From IMG/VR virus record IMGVR_UViG_3300020045_006075, positions 1 to 40,393 of that record: DNA of 40,393 nucleotides; one strand, given 5' to 3'. Position numbers and translations under genes: made by a program. Below the pieces are notes generated by a model. That model was not told where the DNA came from. It did not search any database and was given only the letters and a program-made list of their open reading frames with translations. Shown here one piece after another: positions 24,663 to 34,119 of the stretch. Source of the stretch: a virus. Taxonomy: Duplodnaviria > Caudoviricetes. Every line of letters begins with the position of its first letter. Positions within the stretch are counted from its first letter, which is position 1.

Positions 24663-26338
24663 TTTATTTTAAACTTATCAATATTAACAATTACTCCCTC
24701 ACCGTTTTTTGACATAACAGCGTCATAGCCTTTTTCTTTCAACCACCTAGTAATAATTTCAGGGGTTGGGGTATTGTAGCGATATTGAGAACCCCATAAT
24801 TTTTCAGCATCGTCTTGTATTGATTTACCCATATCAAAGGCAGTATTAAACCAAGCAATTTTTGCGTCTTTAGCGGGAGTTACTTCTGAAACATCTCCAT
24901 ATTGAAGTGCTTGATTTTTATTAACACTCACAGACGGTCCACTAGCATACATAGCCCCTACCTTGTTTTCACTAAATCCACCAGTATTACTTTTTTGACC
25001 TCTGTAAAGCGGTGGCAATTCTTTTGGTGCTGGTATTTGTCCTTCAATTAGTTTTACTTCTGGTATAGAGGGGGATTGAGATTTGTTCCATATATCAGTA
25101 AGTTGGGTTCTAGTCTTAGCTAATAAATCTCTGTAATCGTTCAACTCTTTAGTTGTTTCACCAGAATACTCAACTGCTTTAAGCGAAGTTATACCTTTGT
25201 TTTTAGCTTCCAACCACCTGTGTGTACCATCAGTTATCTCATAACCTTTGGATAATTTCCTAACAATTAGTGGTGCGTTTCCAGAACGGGATAATCTGCC
25301 CTCTGCAATATTCTTTTTAGTCGTCTCTAATTTATCTCCAAGAACAGGTCTTGCGTCATCTAAGTTAAGGTCAAAAGGTGTTTTATCTTTAAATATAGGC
25401 ATTTGTTGTGACTTTATAAAATCTTCGGCACTCTTATATTTCCTTGCTTCTTCAATTAATCCTTTACCTTTTACTTCTGGTATAGAGGGTTGAACTGATT
25501 TTTTACCAGCTAAGAAATTCTGAATTTCATCAGTAGTTTCATTTGCTTTACTACCTTTAAATAACCCTTTTTCTCCTTTGATATATCTTGATGAACTTTC
25601 ATTAGGTTTCAAGAAGTTTTTAATTTCACCAGTATTGTCAAAGGTTTTATCTATTGTTTTTCTAGTTAAATCGGCAATTTTATTTAGCTTGTCCTCTTGT
25701 AACATTTTCTTATTAGTTATAATGTTTCTAACCTCGTCCTCTCCTATAAACTTTTCGCCTAATTTAATGATAGAATTTTCCGCTTTCTGGACATCTTTTA
25801 AGATACTTTTATCATTAGATAAAACATCTATGGCTTTATTTAATTCTTCCCTAGAGTTTCGTGTTTTGAGTATTCTTCCTACAAAACTTCCAGTAGAGTC
25901 AATTAAGTCATCACTTTTATTAATTGCTTTTCCTAAATCGTCAAGTTTACTTAAATGTTTAACTTGTCCGAACTCTCCCGCTCCAGGGATTGCCAAAGAA
26001 CCCATAAATCCTAAAGGCATAGCCAATGCGGGGTTCATACCTCTAGTTACTAAAGCCCCACCAATATCACTTCCTCTACTAAAAGACTCTTTTAATCTTT
26101 GACCGAAGTTTTTATTTGGGTCTTTGCGAATAACAGAGTCAACTACATTTTCAATCGGGCTTAAAATACTAGTTACTGGACCGAGATATTTATTGAATTT
26201 ACTACTTATTTTTTGCGTAGATTGTGGATTTGGGTCGGCTTGAACATTAGCAGTATTACTTCCAATACCCGCAGAATATAAACTCCCCCATTTGTTTTGG
26301 GGTGGGGTATTTTTAATGTCTTGCCAACTTAATGTCAT
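24659..26338 (-). CDS. Probable ejection/polyvalent protein with ParB-like and ADP-ribosyltransferase-like domains
   Basis: PLIV......YEITDGTHR (ParB-like). LYRG...GPSVS.N...A..YG...GYDAV....E.V (ART-like). Confidence 0.7.
   Translation of the reverse strand: MTLSWQDIKNTPPQNKWGSLYSAGIGSNTANVQADPNPQSTQKISSKFNKYLGPVTSILSPIENVVDSVIRKDPNKNFGQRLKESFSRGSDIGGALVTRGMNPALAMPLGFMGSLAIPGAGEFGQVKHLSKLDDLGKAINKSDDLIDSTGSFVGRILKTRNSREELNKAIDVLSNDKSILKDVQKAENSIIKLGEKFIGEDEVRNIITNKKMLQEDKLNKIADLTRKTIDKTFDNTGEIKNFLKPNESSSRYIKGEKGLFKGSKANETTDEIQNFLAGKKSVQPSIPEVKGKGLIEEARKYKSAEDFIKSQQMPIFKDKTPFDLNLDDARPVLGDKLETTKKNIAEGRLSRSGNAPLIVRKLSKGYEITDGTHRWLEAKNKGITSLKAVEYSGETTKELNDYRDLLAKTRTQLTDIWNKSQSPSIPEVKLIEGQIPAPKELPPLYRGQKSNTGGFSENKVGAMYASGPSVSVNKNQALQYGDVSEVTPAKDAKIAWFNTAFDMGKSIQDDAEKLWGSQYRYNTPTPEIITRWLKEKGYDAVMSKNGEGVIVNIDKFKIK
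25052..25489. repeat. Exact 21-bp direct repeat (25052-25072, 25469-25489) flanking the ParB module
   Basis: ttttacttctggtatagaggg occurs twice and encodes PSIPEVK both times. Confidence 0.9.
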
Positions 26339-28608
26339 AATCCTGTTAAGTAGTCTGATAACTGAGATGCCCTATCGGTTGGGATACTTTCAAGCACCGC
26401 TCTAGCATTGTCAAACCAAGCCTTAGCCACAGTTTCAGAAGTGTATTCGTTCGGGAAAGATTTCATTGCCAAACGTTCGTATTCCCCACCATTTAACACA
26501 CCTGCCCCAGCAGCTTGGTTGATAGCACCAGCGACTAAAGCCATTTGAGTTTTGTAGTTATTTAATCTATCTACAAAATCTTGGTCTTTTAATTTCTTGT
26601 ATTCTGTTTTAGCTCTAGCTTGAACTCCGCCACCTAATAAGGTAGTTTTTGAACCCATAGACAAAGACTTATCACTTCCCGCTCCGTATAGTTTTTCCAT
26701 CATACCAATACTGGCTGATACTCCACCGCCCTTCTTCTCTTTTTCGGCTTTGGCTAGTTTTTCTTGATAAGAAGTTTCCTTATCGTACATATCTATCAGT
26801 TGAGTATAAGAAGCCTTATCTCCTGCTTGGTAAGCACTCATAGCAGCCGAGTATAATTTTTCAGGTGTATAACCCGTTAAACTCTTGGGTGTTTCTGCTT
26901 GAGCTCCCTCGTATGGTATCCAGTCTTGACTAGTTTCGTCCCATTGCCATTGACCGCCCTCGGATAGAATAGGTGTTGGGGTTGGTAGTTTTCCCGTTTC
27001 TAATCCAGCACTCGTTGCAGGGGTTGTAGCAGGGCTTTCTGTGGGTATTAAAGGCTCTCCGCCCATTTCCATAGGTGTTTCAGTTGGGGCAGTTTCACCT
27101 TGTGGTGTCATCAAAGCCCCAACGGCTAATTTTTGGGTTACAGGACTTTCTAAAATTGCTCCCGCTCCTTTCATAACTCCAGGGATTGCTTTTTCTCCGA
27201 CTGCTTCTAATGCTGGTCCAACAATAGGATAAGTTAAAGGTTTAGTGACATCAAATCCCTTTTGGAATAATCCTTGACCTGATTTAGAAATTAATGAACC
27301 TCTTGCTTTTTCAACTACTGGTCTTAGTGTTAGAATTTCCGATTGAGTAGTTAAGGCGTCTTTCAATTCAGGAAACATCGTTTTAAGGGTATCTCTCATT
27401 GTTTCGGCAATAGTCATTTGAGCCACCTTAACCGTTGAACCCTTTGGAGTGGTAGCCATAGCTTTTCCATATTTAGAGTTAGCTATTCTTAACAATTTAA
27501 GAGCTTGTTTGGCAGTAATACCGTTCTGATATTTCTTTTCAGCTTGTTTAATTATTTCTGTTAATCCGTTTACAACATCATCGTCTAATCCAGCTTTATG
27601 AAGATTTAACTCTTTTTTCAAAGCATTAATAACTGTCTTTCCGTCAATTTTAATACTACTTCCAGCTTCATCTACTGTTTGTTGGATAATGTTTTCAGCT
27701 TCTTTTAGTTTAACAGCAAAAGTTCCACCTCTGTTTTTCTCACTAATTGGTCCTAATAATTCGTCAGTATTTTTCCCATATTTAGTTGCTAATTCGTTTA
27801 CAGTAGTGCCAAATTTCTTAATAATGGCGTTTTCACTAGCACCAGTAGCCTTAATAGCTTTTTGAGTAAATTGTTTACCCGTCCACCTAAGACCTTGACC
27901 TAAAGCACTAAGTCCACCACCAATAGCAGCTCCACCCAAAGCACCCCCGACTTCTTTACCGTATTCACTTGAACCTAATCCTCTCATACCACCACCTAGG
28001 GCAGATAATCCAACTTTAGCACCAAACCCTAAACCTTTTCCCGCAGGAACGGCATAACTTGCTTGTTCTAAAAATTGTTTTGCTCCTCTACTGGCATAAT
28101 CGCCTAAAGTTCCAGTTCTACCCGCAGCAGCTTGGTCTTGGGTATATTGAGAAAATTCAGGGGCAGCAATCTTTTCCCCCGCACCAGATAAGGACTTAGA
28201 CTCGTTATAAAGTTGTTGAGTTCTAGCAGTATCACCCGCTATCCTAGCTTCTCTCATTTCCACCGCAATTTCGGCTAATCTTTTAGTTATAGCTTCCTCG
28301 TCTTGGACATATTTTTTTGTTTTACCACTAGCACCAACTATAATGTCTTTCACATTAGCCGTAGTCATTGGAGCAAAAAAATTCCCCACTTTTTCAATAA
28401 AGCTTTTAGGTTTAGATAATTTTGTTTGACCCAATAATTCACTTGGTCCAGTTATTCCCATAGAATTTCCACCCATAGAAGTTCCACTTGTTGAAGTTTG
28501 AATTGGCGGAGTATAAGTTCCACCAAGAGCCTTAACCTTTTTAGCAATAGTATCTTCGGAGATACCTTGACTTCTTAATGTTTGTATTACTTGTTGTGAT
28601 GTTGCCAT
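26335..28608 (-). CDS. Probable DNA ejection (internal virion) protein
   Basis: Large, helical, Gly/Ala-rich hydrophobic patch, located after the tail genes. Confidence 0.7.
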   Translation of the reverse strand: MATSQQVIQTLRSQGISEDTIAKKVKALGGTYTPPIQTSTSGTSMGGNSMGITGPSELLGQTKLSKPKSFIEKVGNFFAPMTTANVKDIIVGASGKTKKYVQDEEAITKRLAEIAVEMREARIAGDTARTQQLYNESKSLSGAGEKIAAPEFSQYTQDQAAAGRTGTLGDYASRGAKQFLEQASYAVPAGKGLGFGAKVGLSALGGGMRGLGSSEYGKEVGGALGGAAIGGGLSALGQGLRWTGKQFTQKAIKATGASENAIIKKFGTTVNELATKYGKNTDELLGPISEKNRGGTFAVKLKEAENIIQQTVDEAGSSIKIDGKTVINALKKELNLHKAGLDDDVVNGLTEIIKQAEKKYQNGITAKQALKLLRIANSKYGKAMATTPKGSTVKVAQMTIAETMRDTLKTMFPELKDALTTQSEILTLRPVVEKARGSLISKSGQGLFQKGFDVTKPLTYPIVGPALEAVGEKAIPGVMKGAGAILESPVTQKLAVGALMTPQGETAPTETPMEMGGEPLIPTESPATTPATSAGLETGKLPTPTPILSEGGQWQWDETSQDWIPYEGAQAETPKSLTGYTPEKLYSAAMSAYQAGDKASYTQLIDMYDKETSYQEKLAKAEKEKKGGGVSASIGMMEKLYGAGSDKSLSMGSKTTLLGGGVQARAKTEYKKLKDQDFVDRLNNYKTQMALVAGAINQAAGAGVLNGGEYERLAMKSFPNEYTSETVAKAWFDNARAVLESIPTDRASQLSDYLTGL

Positions 28609-28609
28609 A

Positions 28610-29503
28610 TTATGCTGATAAATTTAATAAACGATTAGGCATAGTAGATGTTGACATTGGTTTAGTCTTTGGTTTAGTTTCAATTTTAATTCCACCACCG
28701 AGAATAAGGTTGCCATATTTGTCAAATTTTTGAGTAGAAGTTTTAGTTGGTTGATTAATATTTCCGCTATCGTCAATAGTTACTCCTTTTAATAAGGCAT
28801 CGGCTTTTTGGTCTTCACCCTTTGGTGCGGTAGTTGGTTTTGGTTCTTTTCCGCCAAGGTAAGTGCTTAAATCACCCGCAGCCTTTGTCTTATTACTGGC
28901 TTCAATATCTATTAAAGATTTAAGGTATTCAATTCTACCCACTCGGCTTTCTTTGGCGTAATCCATTAAAGTGTTTACTAGATTTGCTTTGGCGGTAGCT
29001 TCGGCACTAAGTTTAGACCTACTTCGTAATATGTCCGCATATTGAGTTCTTAAAGGTTCTTCACCCGCAGTCACCATACGCCCCCTTTGACCTTCGGTGA
29101 TTAGATAATTCCCGACTTCTTTGTTTATATTCGGCTCAACTTTGGCAATTTTATCCTCTATATCAGAAACGGTATTATCTATATCAGTAATTAATTTATT
29201 CACATCAGTCAATCCTTGTTTTTGGGCAAGGTCTTGATACATCGCCATATAATCAGGGGTTTCCGATGCTTCCTTGGCGTATTGGTTTTGTAGGTTAGTA
29301 AAACCTTTTATTGGGGTAAAGCTAGGTTTATTTGCTTGAACCGTTTGGTTTCCACTCGTTAATTGGGCAGGATTAGGTTGTTTTTGTAAGACATTTAGAC
29401 TAGGATTTTTAGCACCCCAATCTGCCTGAGCTCCTGGCTCGTCCCAAGCGGTATAGGCTTCTGTGCCGTATTTACTTAAACTTTGTTCTCTGGTTAGTGC
29501 CAT
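28610..29503 (-). CDS. Probable ejection (internal virion) protein
   Basis: Helical/coiled-coil protein, first of three genes after the tail genes. Confidence 0.6.
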   Translation of the reverse strand: MALTREQSLSKYGTEAYTAWDEPGAQADWGAKNPSLNVLQKQPNPAQLTSGNQTVQANKPSFTPIKGFTNLQNQYAKEASETPDYMAMYQDLAQKQGLTDVNKLITDIDNTVSDIEDKIAKVEPNINKEVGNYLITEGQRGRMVTAGEEPLRTQYADILRSRSKLSAEATAKANLVNTLMDYAKESRVGRIEYLKSLIDIEASNKTKAAGDLSTYLGGKEPKPTTAPKGEDQKADALLKGVTIDDSGNINQPTKTSTQKFDKYGNLILGGGIKIETKPKTKPMSTSTMPNRLLNLSA

Positions 29504-29509
29504 AATTTA

Positions 29510-30889
29510 TTATAAACTTTTAATTTTTAATTTATCTACTTCATCTTTTAGTTGAAGTATTGCTATCCTTTGAATTTCAATCAATCTATCCAAAGAATAA
29601 CCTTTTTCTCCTTTGTCGTTAATAGTCAAAATGTCTTTATGTAATTTTTCGTGGTTAACAATACTCCAACCACTTTTATCAGTTGTACTTTCAAGACTAT
29701 TTAAAATAGAAAAAGGTTCTCCTTTAAAAACTTCTGATCTAGTATTGAAATGATAAGCCCAAACAGTATCACAAGCGTCTATATCTTTTTCGTTCATATC
29801 AAGATTACTTTCCAATTTAACTTTATTAGAACCCTCGGCATCTAAAACTAAATTACCACTATTAGAAGTAAATTTATTTGCTTGAAATTCTGCTTTATGA
29901 TAAGCCCTATCATTGGAAACGGTAAAATAATTATCATTTTGAGCAAAGTTCTTAATATAGAAAGTATTATTACTTCCTAAGGTAAGCCAAAATTGTTGAC
30001 CACTAGTTACTGAAATTCCACCATAACCACCCGAAGACGTTAATAAAACCGAATAATTATTATCTATTACAAAATCACCACCCATAAGATTTGCTCCCCC
30101 ATTTCCAGCGGTTGTGGCTTTCAAAAGACCTTTAACAGCACTTCCAGTTACAAAAGCGATATAAGGAACTCCACCACTCATAAGCATAGAAATACCAGCG
30201 GTGGCACTCCCAACTAGAATAGAACCGCTACTGTCTAAACTAACACTTGTTCCAGAAAGAGTAGTAGCACCTATTGTCCAACCCCCGATTGTTCCAGATG
30301 TAGAAGTTATTGAACCAGATATTGTTGCATTTGTAGCCGTCAAAGCCCCCGCCATTGTTACCCTAAAAGGAGCATCGGCAAAGGTTGAGTCACCTAAATA
30401 AATTCCATTACTATCGGCTTTAAAAATATTATCACCGCTCCCGATTGAAATAGAACCGCTAAAAGTTCCACCTACGGCTGATAAAGTGCCTTTAATAGTA
30501 AAAGTTCCTGCTGATTTGTCGTAGAATACCCCTGCCCCGCTATCATAAGCTCCAATAGTTACATCTCCGACATTAGTTCCACTTATTTCTGCTTTAAATA
30601 CTGAGTTTGTTCCGTCAGTTACATTTACACCAGTTGAAGCGTCTAAAGTAATTTGTTCCGAACCCGTTAAACCGTAACCGTGAAAACCGCTAGAAGTAAT
30701 AATAGTTGAGTCTAAAGTTCCATTATTAACAAAAATTCCAGTCTTATTTATTCGTAGCGGTCCATATCTTAATCCTCTAGTGGAAGTGAATTGATTTTCT
30801 TGACCTACTTCGGGCTTATTCGTAAATAAATTTTGAAACCAATTAGGAGTTATTGAAGTCGTAGATTTAGAGGATTTTTTATAGCTCAT
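29510..30889 (-). CDS. Tail spike/needle-like protein
   Basis: APFRV...G.L.A....ISG.I....G.IGGW.I beta-repeats and a C-terminal coiled coil resembling an intramolecular chaperone end. Confidence 0.7.
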   Translation of the reverse strand: MSYKKSSKSTTSITPNWFQNLFTNKPEVGQENQFTSTRGLRYGPLRINKTGIFVNNGTLDSTIITSSGFHGYGLTGSEQITLDASTGVNVTDGTNSVFKAEISGTNVGDVTIGAYDSGAGVFYDKSAGTFTIKGTLSAVGGTFSGSISIGSGDNIFKADSNGIYLGDSTFADAPFRVTMAGALTATNATISGSITSTSGTIGGWTIGATTLSGTSVSLDSSGSILVGSATAGISMLMSGGVPYIAFVTGSAVKGLLKATTAGNGGANLMGGDFVIDNNYSVLLTSSGGYGGISVTSGQQFWLTLGSNNTFYIKNFAQNDNYFTVSNDRAYHKAEFQANKFTSNSGNLVLDAEGSNKVKLESNLDMNEKDIDACDTVWAYHFNTRSEVFKGEPFSILNSLESTTDKSGWSIVNHEKLHKDILTINDKGEKGYSLDRLIEIQRIAILQLKDEVDKLKIKSL

Positions 30890-32277
30890 AAATTATCCTC
30901 GTTTTCGTATTCAAAAATAATCTTACTAACTGACGGCATAGTTGAAGTTCCTGTCAAGGTTACTCGGACTTCTAAATCAACACATCTAAATCCATAGGCA
31001 AATAGTTTTTGAGTTACCGCCCCGTCCGAAGCATAAGAAGCAGTTCCTACCGTTTCCCACGTTCCTTGGTCTTTTTTAATCTGTAAGGTAATAACTTCTC
31101 CACTAGCTAGGGGTTTAAAGAATAATTTTTGTCGGGTTACACTCATCGGGAAAGTAGTCGTAACCACGAGGGATTGATAATCCACCGATAATTGATTGGT
31201 AGAAGTAGATAATTTGTCTATTCCGTAAGTTGTATTGTCTTGCCAACCTACATAAAGGTCAGAACCGATTGCCTTAATTGCCCCGATATTTAAAGTCGTT
31301 CCTTGTGTAGTGCCTGTTGAGATATAACTCTCTAAATTTAACCCGTCAGGATAACCTATTTCAGGTGAACCAAAAGAGTATATTCCTTTATAAGCAGTAG
31401 TAGAAGTTCCCCCCGCTAGACCAAAGAAGCACATACCCTTAAAATTAGTTTCTGCTCCTGGGTAAACATAAACCGTTGAACCTTGACCGATATAGGGAAT
31501 TTTCTTTACCTTGCTAGTCGCACCATTATACTTATAGATATTCCCACTAGAACCCGCAAAAATATAAACTGCTTCTTGATTGGCTTGGATTGACGATATA
31601 CCTGAACCCTCTAAAACTTCGGTAAAGAAGTTATAAGTTGAAGATGTGCCGTCCCAAAAGAATAGAAATCCTCGTTTGGCTTGGGTGATGTCCTCATTAT
31701 CATTGACCGCTAAAACCATATACTCACCCATTACTCCTAAATCCCTAACGTGGTAACCAACGGGAAAAGTTAGTTTGTTGTAAGTAAAGGTAGCATCGTC
31801 CCACGTGGCTAGATATCTACCATTGGAAAAAGCCACGAAATTAAGAAAAGTCATTATCGGGGCAAAATCGGTTACAGTTTGAACATTAGAAGTCTGCCAA
31901 GCATCGGTAAAACTCTCTCCTGCTAAAGCCATACGCCCTATTTGAGAATTTTGGCGATAATACATATAGGCGTTATAAACCTCTAATCCTTGACCAGTAC
32001 AGTTTGATACAGTTCTTAGAACTGAATAAGTTCCAGCACTATTCTTGTAAATCCTTCCCCCGCTACCGATTGAGTAAACTAAGGCGTTATAAGAAGTAAT
32101 AAATTTAGGTAGGTCTAAGACTGTCGCCCCACTATCCTTAACAAAAGCTTTATTAGCAGTAATATAATCAGGGTCGTCTTTGTAATTTAGACCAGAACTA
32201 TATCGGCAAGTTCCCTCACCGCCACTTTTAGAGCCTAAACTCCAACCGCCATAAAATTTTTCTATTGTTAAATTCAT
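30886..32277 (-). CDS. Tail nozzle/stabilisation protein (beta-propeller-like)
   Basis: I..F.GG N-terminus, repeated WDG/YNG blades, position after the adaptor. Confidence 0.75.
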   Translation of the reverse strand: MNLTIEKFYGGWSLGSKSGGEGTCRYSSGLNYKDDPDYITANKAFVKDSGATVLDLPKFITSYNALVYSIGSGGRIYKNSAGTYSVLRTVSNCTGQGLEVYNAYMYYRQNSQIGRMALAGESFTDAWQTSNVQTVTDFAPIMTFLNFVAFSNGRYLATWDDATFTYNKLTFPVGYHVRDLGVMGEYMVLAVNDNEDITQAKRGFLFFWDGTSSTYNFFTEVLEGSGISSIQANQEAVYIFAGSSGNIYKYNGATSKVKKIPYIGQGSTVYVYPGAETNFKGMCFFGLAGGTSTTAYKGIYSFGSPEIGYPDGLNLESYISTGTTQGTTLNIGAIKAIGSDLYVGWQDNTTYGIDKLSTSTNQLSVDYQSLVVTTTFPMSVTRQKLFFKPLASGEVITLQIKKDQGTWETVGTASYASDGAVTQKLFAYGFRCVDLEVRVTLTGTSTMPSVSKIIFEYENEDNL

Positions 32278-33152
32278 TAACTTAAATTAACGGGATAATC
32301 GTTTGGATTAATAACTTGATTTTCTGAAGCCCTAAAAACGCTATTAGAACTTCTGGTAAGGTATCGGCTTTTTAAGTCCCTAATACCCATATCGTATAAA
32401 TTCTTATAAAAGGTTGACCTGCTTTCCTCACCTGTCATCATAAAATAATCCTCTAAAGGTTTGTATAAAATAATGTCTTGATAGCCGTCAGGTATTATAG
32501 GACAATCCCCAATCGTATAACTTGCCCCCGCAGTAGTAGCCCCCTCGTAGGTCTTGTAAAGAGATATATTTGTAGCATTAGTATAGGTTCTAATCTGATA
32601 CCAAATTCCGTCTGGTAATTTAATCCACCTATTAATCATCGCACTAGTAAAAGTTGTGGCTGCTCCAACAATCGCTGCCGAGTTTAGGGTTGCAGTAATT
32701 GTTCCAGTAGAATAATCATCAGCCGACATTTCTCTAGGCATTTGTCGGAATTTAGCATAAATCGTCCAAGAAGTATCACTTGGTAACGGGTAGAAATTAA
32801 TATAATCGTTATAAATACAGTAATATTCTGGGTAACTTGAAGTAGAAGTATCAATGGCTATGCTTTCAAATTCAGTAGTTGAGTGGATTTCCTTTGGGAA
32901 GTATTTAATCCCCCCTTGTAGAACATAAACCGTTGAAATACTATTTGGCATATAATTTGACGGTAATCTGTAAGCTGCTTGACTTGCTACCGAAGTGGCA
33001 TACATTTCATCGTCTAAAAAAGTAAAATTAGCTGATTGGCAAATAGATTTCTGGGAGTCGTTTATTCTTTTCTTACCGTCTGCGACTGCGGTGGTAGAAG
33101 TGTCCTTGGTTAATCTTCCATATTTTGTGTATAAATCTTGAAAAGTTAGCAT
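32277..33152 (-). CDS. Head-to-tail adaptor
   Basis: TF..L...IN...IC....F, Y.LP..., P..Y.....I.FYP.P, P.IP..Y, with an inserted YSTGTI beta domain. Confidence 0.75.
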   Translation of the reverse strand: MLTFQDLYTKYGRLTKDTSTTAVADGKKRINDSQKSICQSANFTFLDDEMYATSVASQAAYRLPSNYMPNSISTVYVLQGGIKYFPKEIHSTTEFESIAIDTSTSSYPEYYCIYNDYINFYPLPSDTSWTIYAKFRQMPREMSADDYSTGTITATLNSAAIVGAATTFTSAMINRWIKLPDGIWYQIRTYTNATNISLYKTYEGATTAGASYTIGDCPIIPDGYQDIILYKPLEDYFMMTGEESRSTFYKNLYDMGIRDLKSRYLTRSSNSVFRASENQVINPNDYPVNLS

Positions 33153-33225
33153 AAATTAATTTTAAAATTATAATTACGGTATGCTGTAAGCCTTTATATG
33201 TCAAAATAAGTCGTCAGAACAGGAT

Positions 33226-33247
33226 AATGATATTTAATTATATCATT
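33226..33247 (-). promoter_or_regulatory. Extended -10 (33237-33245) within an AATGATAT-6-ATATCATT inverted repeat
   Basis: Seen directly. A TTGACA lies just downstream at about 33199-33204. Confidence 0.5.
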
Positions 33248-34037
33248 TTTTAGTCCAGCCTGAAGTTACATCGCTTGGTTTTTCCCAACCCGAAGTAATG
33301 TCTGACGGTTTAGTCCAACCAGTAGAATAATCTGTGTCTGGTGTCCAACTTCCTGTATAAATTTCATAAGTTAGACTTTTTGTTAAAGCGGTAGTAGTGC
33401 CAACAAGACAGTATTGTAACGACTTAGTTTTAATCTTTGAAGCCAAAACAGTATATTTTAAAGTCTTGGTTTTATCGGTAGAGGTTAAGACTGTATATTT
33501 TAACGATTTGGTTACTTGTACAGGAGAAACTATAGTATAGGTTAGTTGTTTTTGAAATAAAGTGTAGCAATCTAATAAAATCTTACCCCCGTTCTCTTGG
33601 ATTAGAAAATCATTGTTCTCTTGAAGTAGATAACAAGTATCGGGATTATCAGGGGTGGTAACAATACAATATTTAAGACTTTTAGTTAGTGAAGTTGAAC
33701 CAGAATAAACACAATACTTAAGAGATTTAGTAACATCAACATTTCCTTGAACTTTATAAGTAAGGTCTTTTTGAGTCGCAGTAACACTAACAACACAATA
33801 TTCAAGAGATTTAGTCTTGGCGGAAGGAGTAGAAGTAACTGTGTATTTAAGAGATTTTGTCTTGGCACTAGGCGTTGAAGTAACAGTATATTTAAGACTT
33901 TTGGTTAAACTGGTATCAGTTAAAACTGTATATTTAAGTGATTTGGTAATTACAATAGGGGCAGCGACATCTAAAATTATCTTGTCATTATTCTCTTGAA
34001 GTAGGAAGTCGTTATTTTCTTGAAGTAAAAAAGACAT
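33243..34037 (-). CDS. Repeat-rich virion/fibre-associated protein
   Basis: About 12 TKSLKYTV-like repeats, two LLQENNDFL(L/I)QEN blocks, and C-terminal GWxKPSD repeats. Confidence 0.7.
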   Translation of the reverse strand: MSFLLQENNDFLLQENNDKIILDVAAPIVITKSLKYTVLTDTSLTKSLKYTVTSTPSAKTKSLKYTVTSTPSAKTKSLEYCVVSVTATQKDLTYKVQGNVDVTKSLKYCVYSGSTSLTKSLKYCIVTTPDNPDTCYLLQENNDFLIQENGGKILLDCYTLFQKQLTYTIVSPVQVTKSLKYTVLTSTDKTKTLKYTVLASKIKTKSLQYCLVGTTTALTKSLTYEIYTGSWTPDTDYSTGWTKPSDITSGWEKPSDVTSGWTKK

Positions 34038-34119
34038 ATTGTATTATTTAGTTTCCATTGTATTGGATTTTTTAATTTTTATTTCTTTCTCCCACTACAT
34101 TTTTTATTCATAGGGTTTA

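Noticed and set aside
34079-34111. 10-codon ORF MNKKCSGRKK
   Set aside because: Too short to support, though its basic Cys/Gly/Lys makeup echoes the 2717-2758 peptide.
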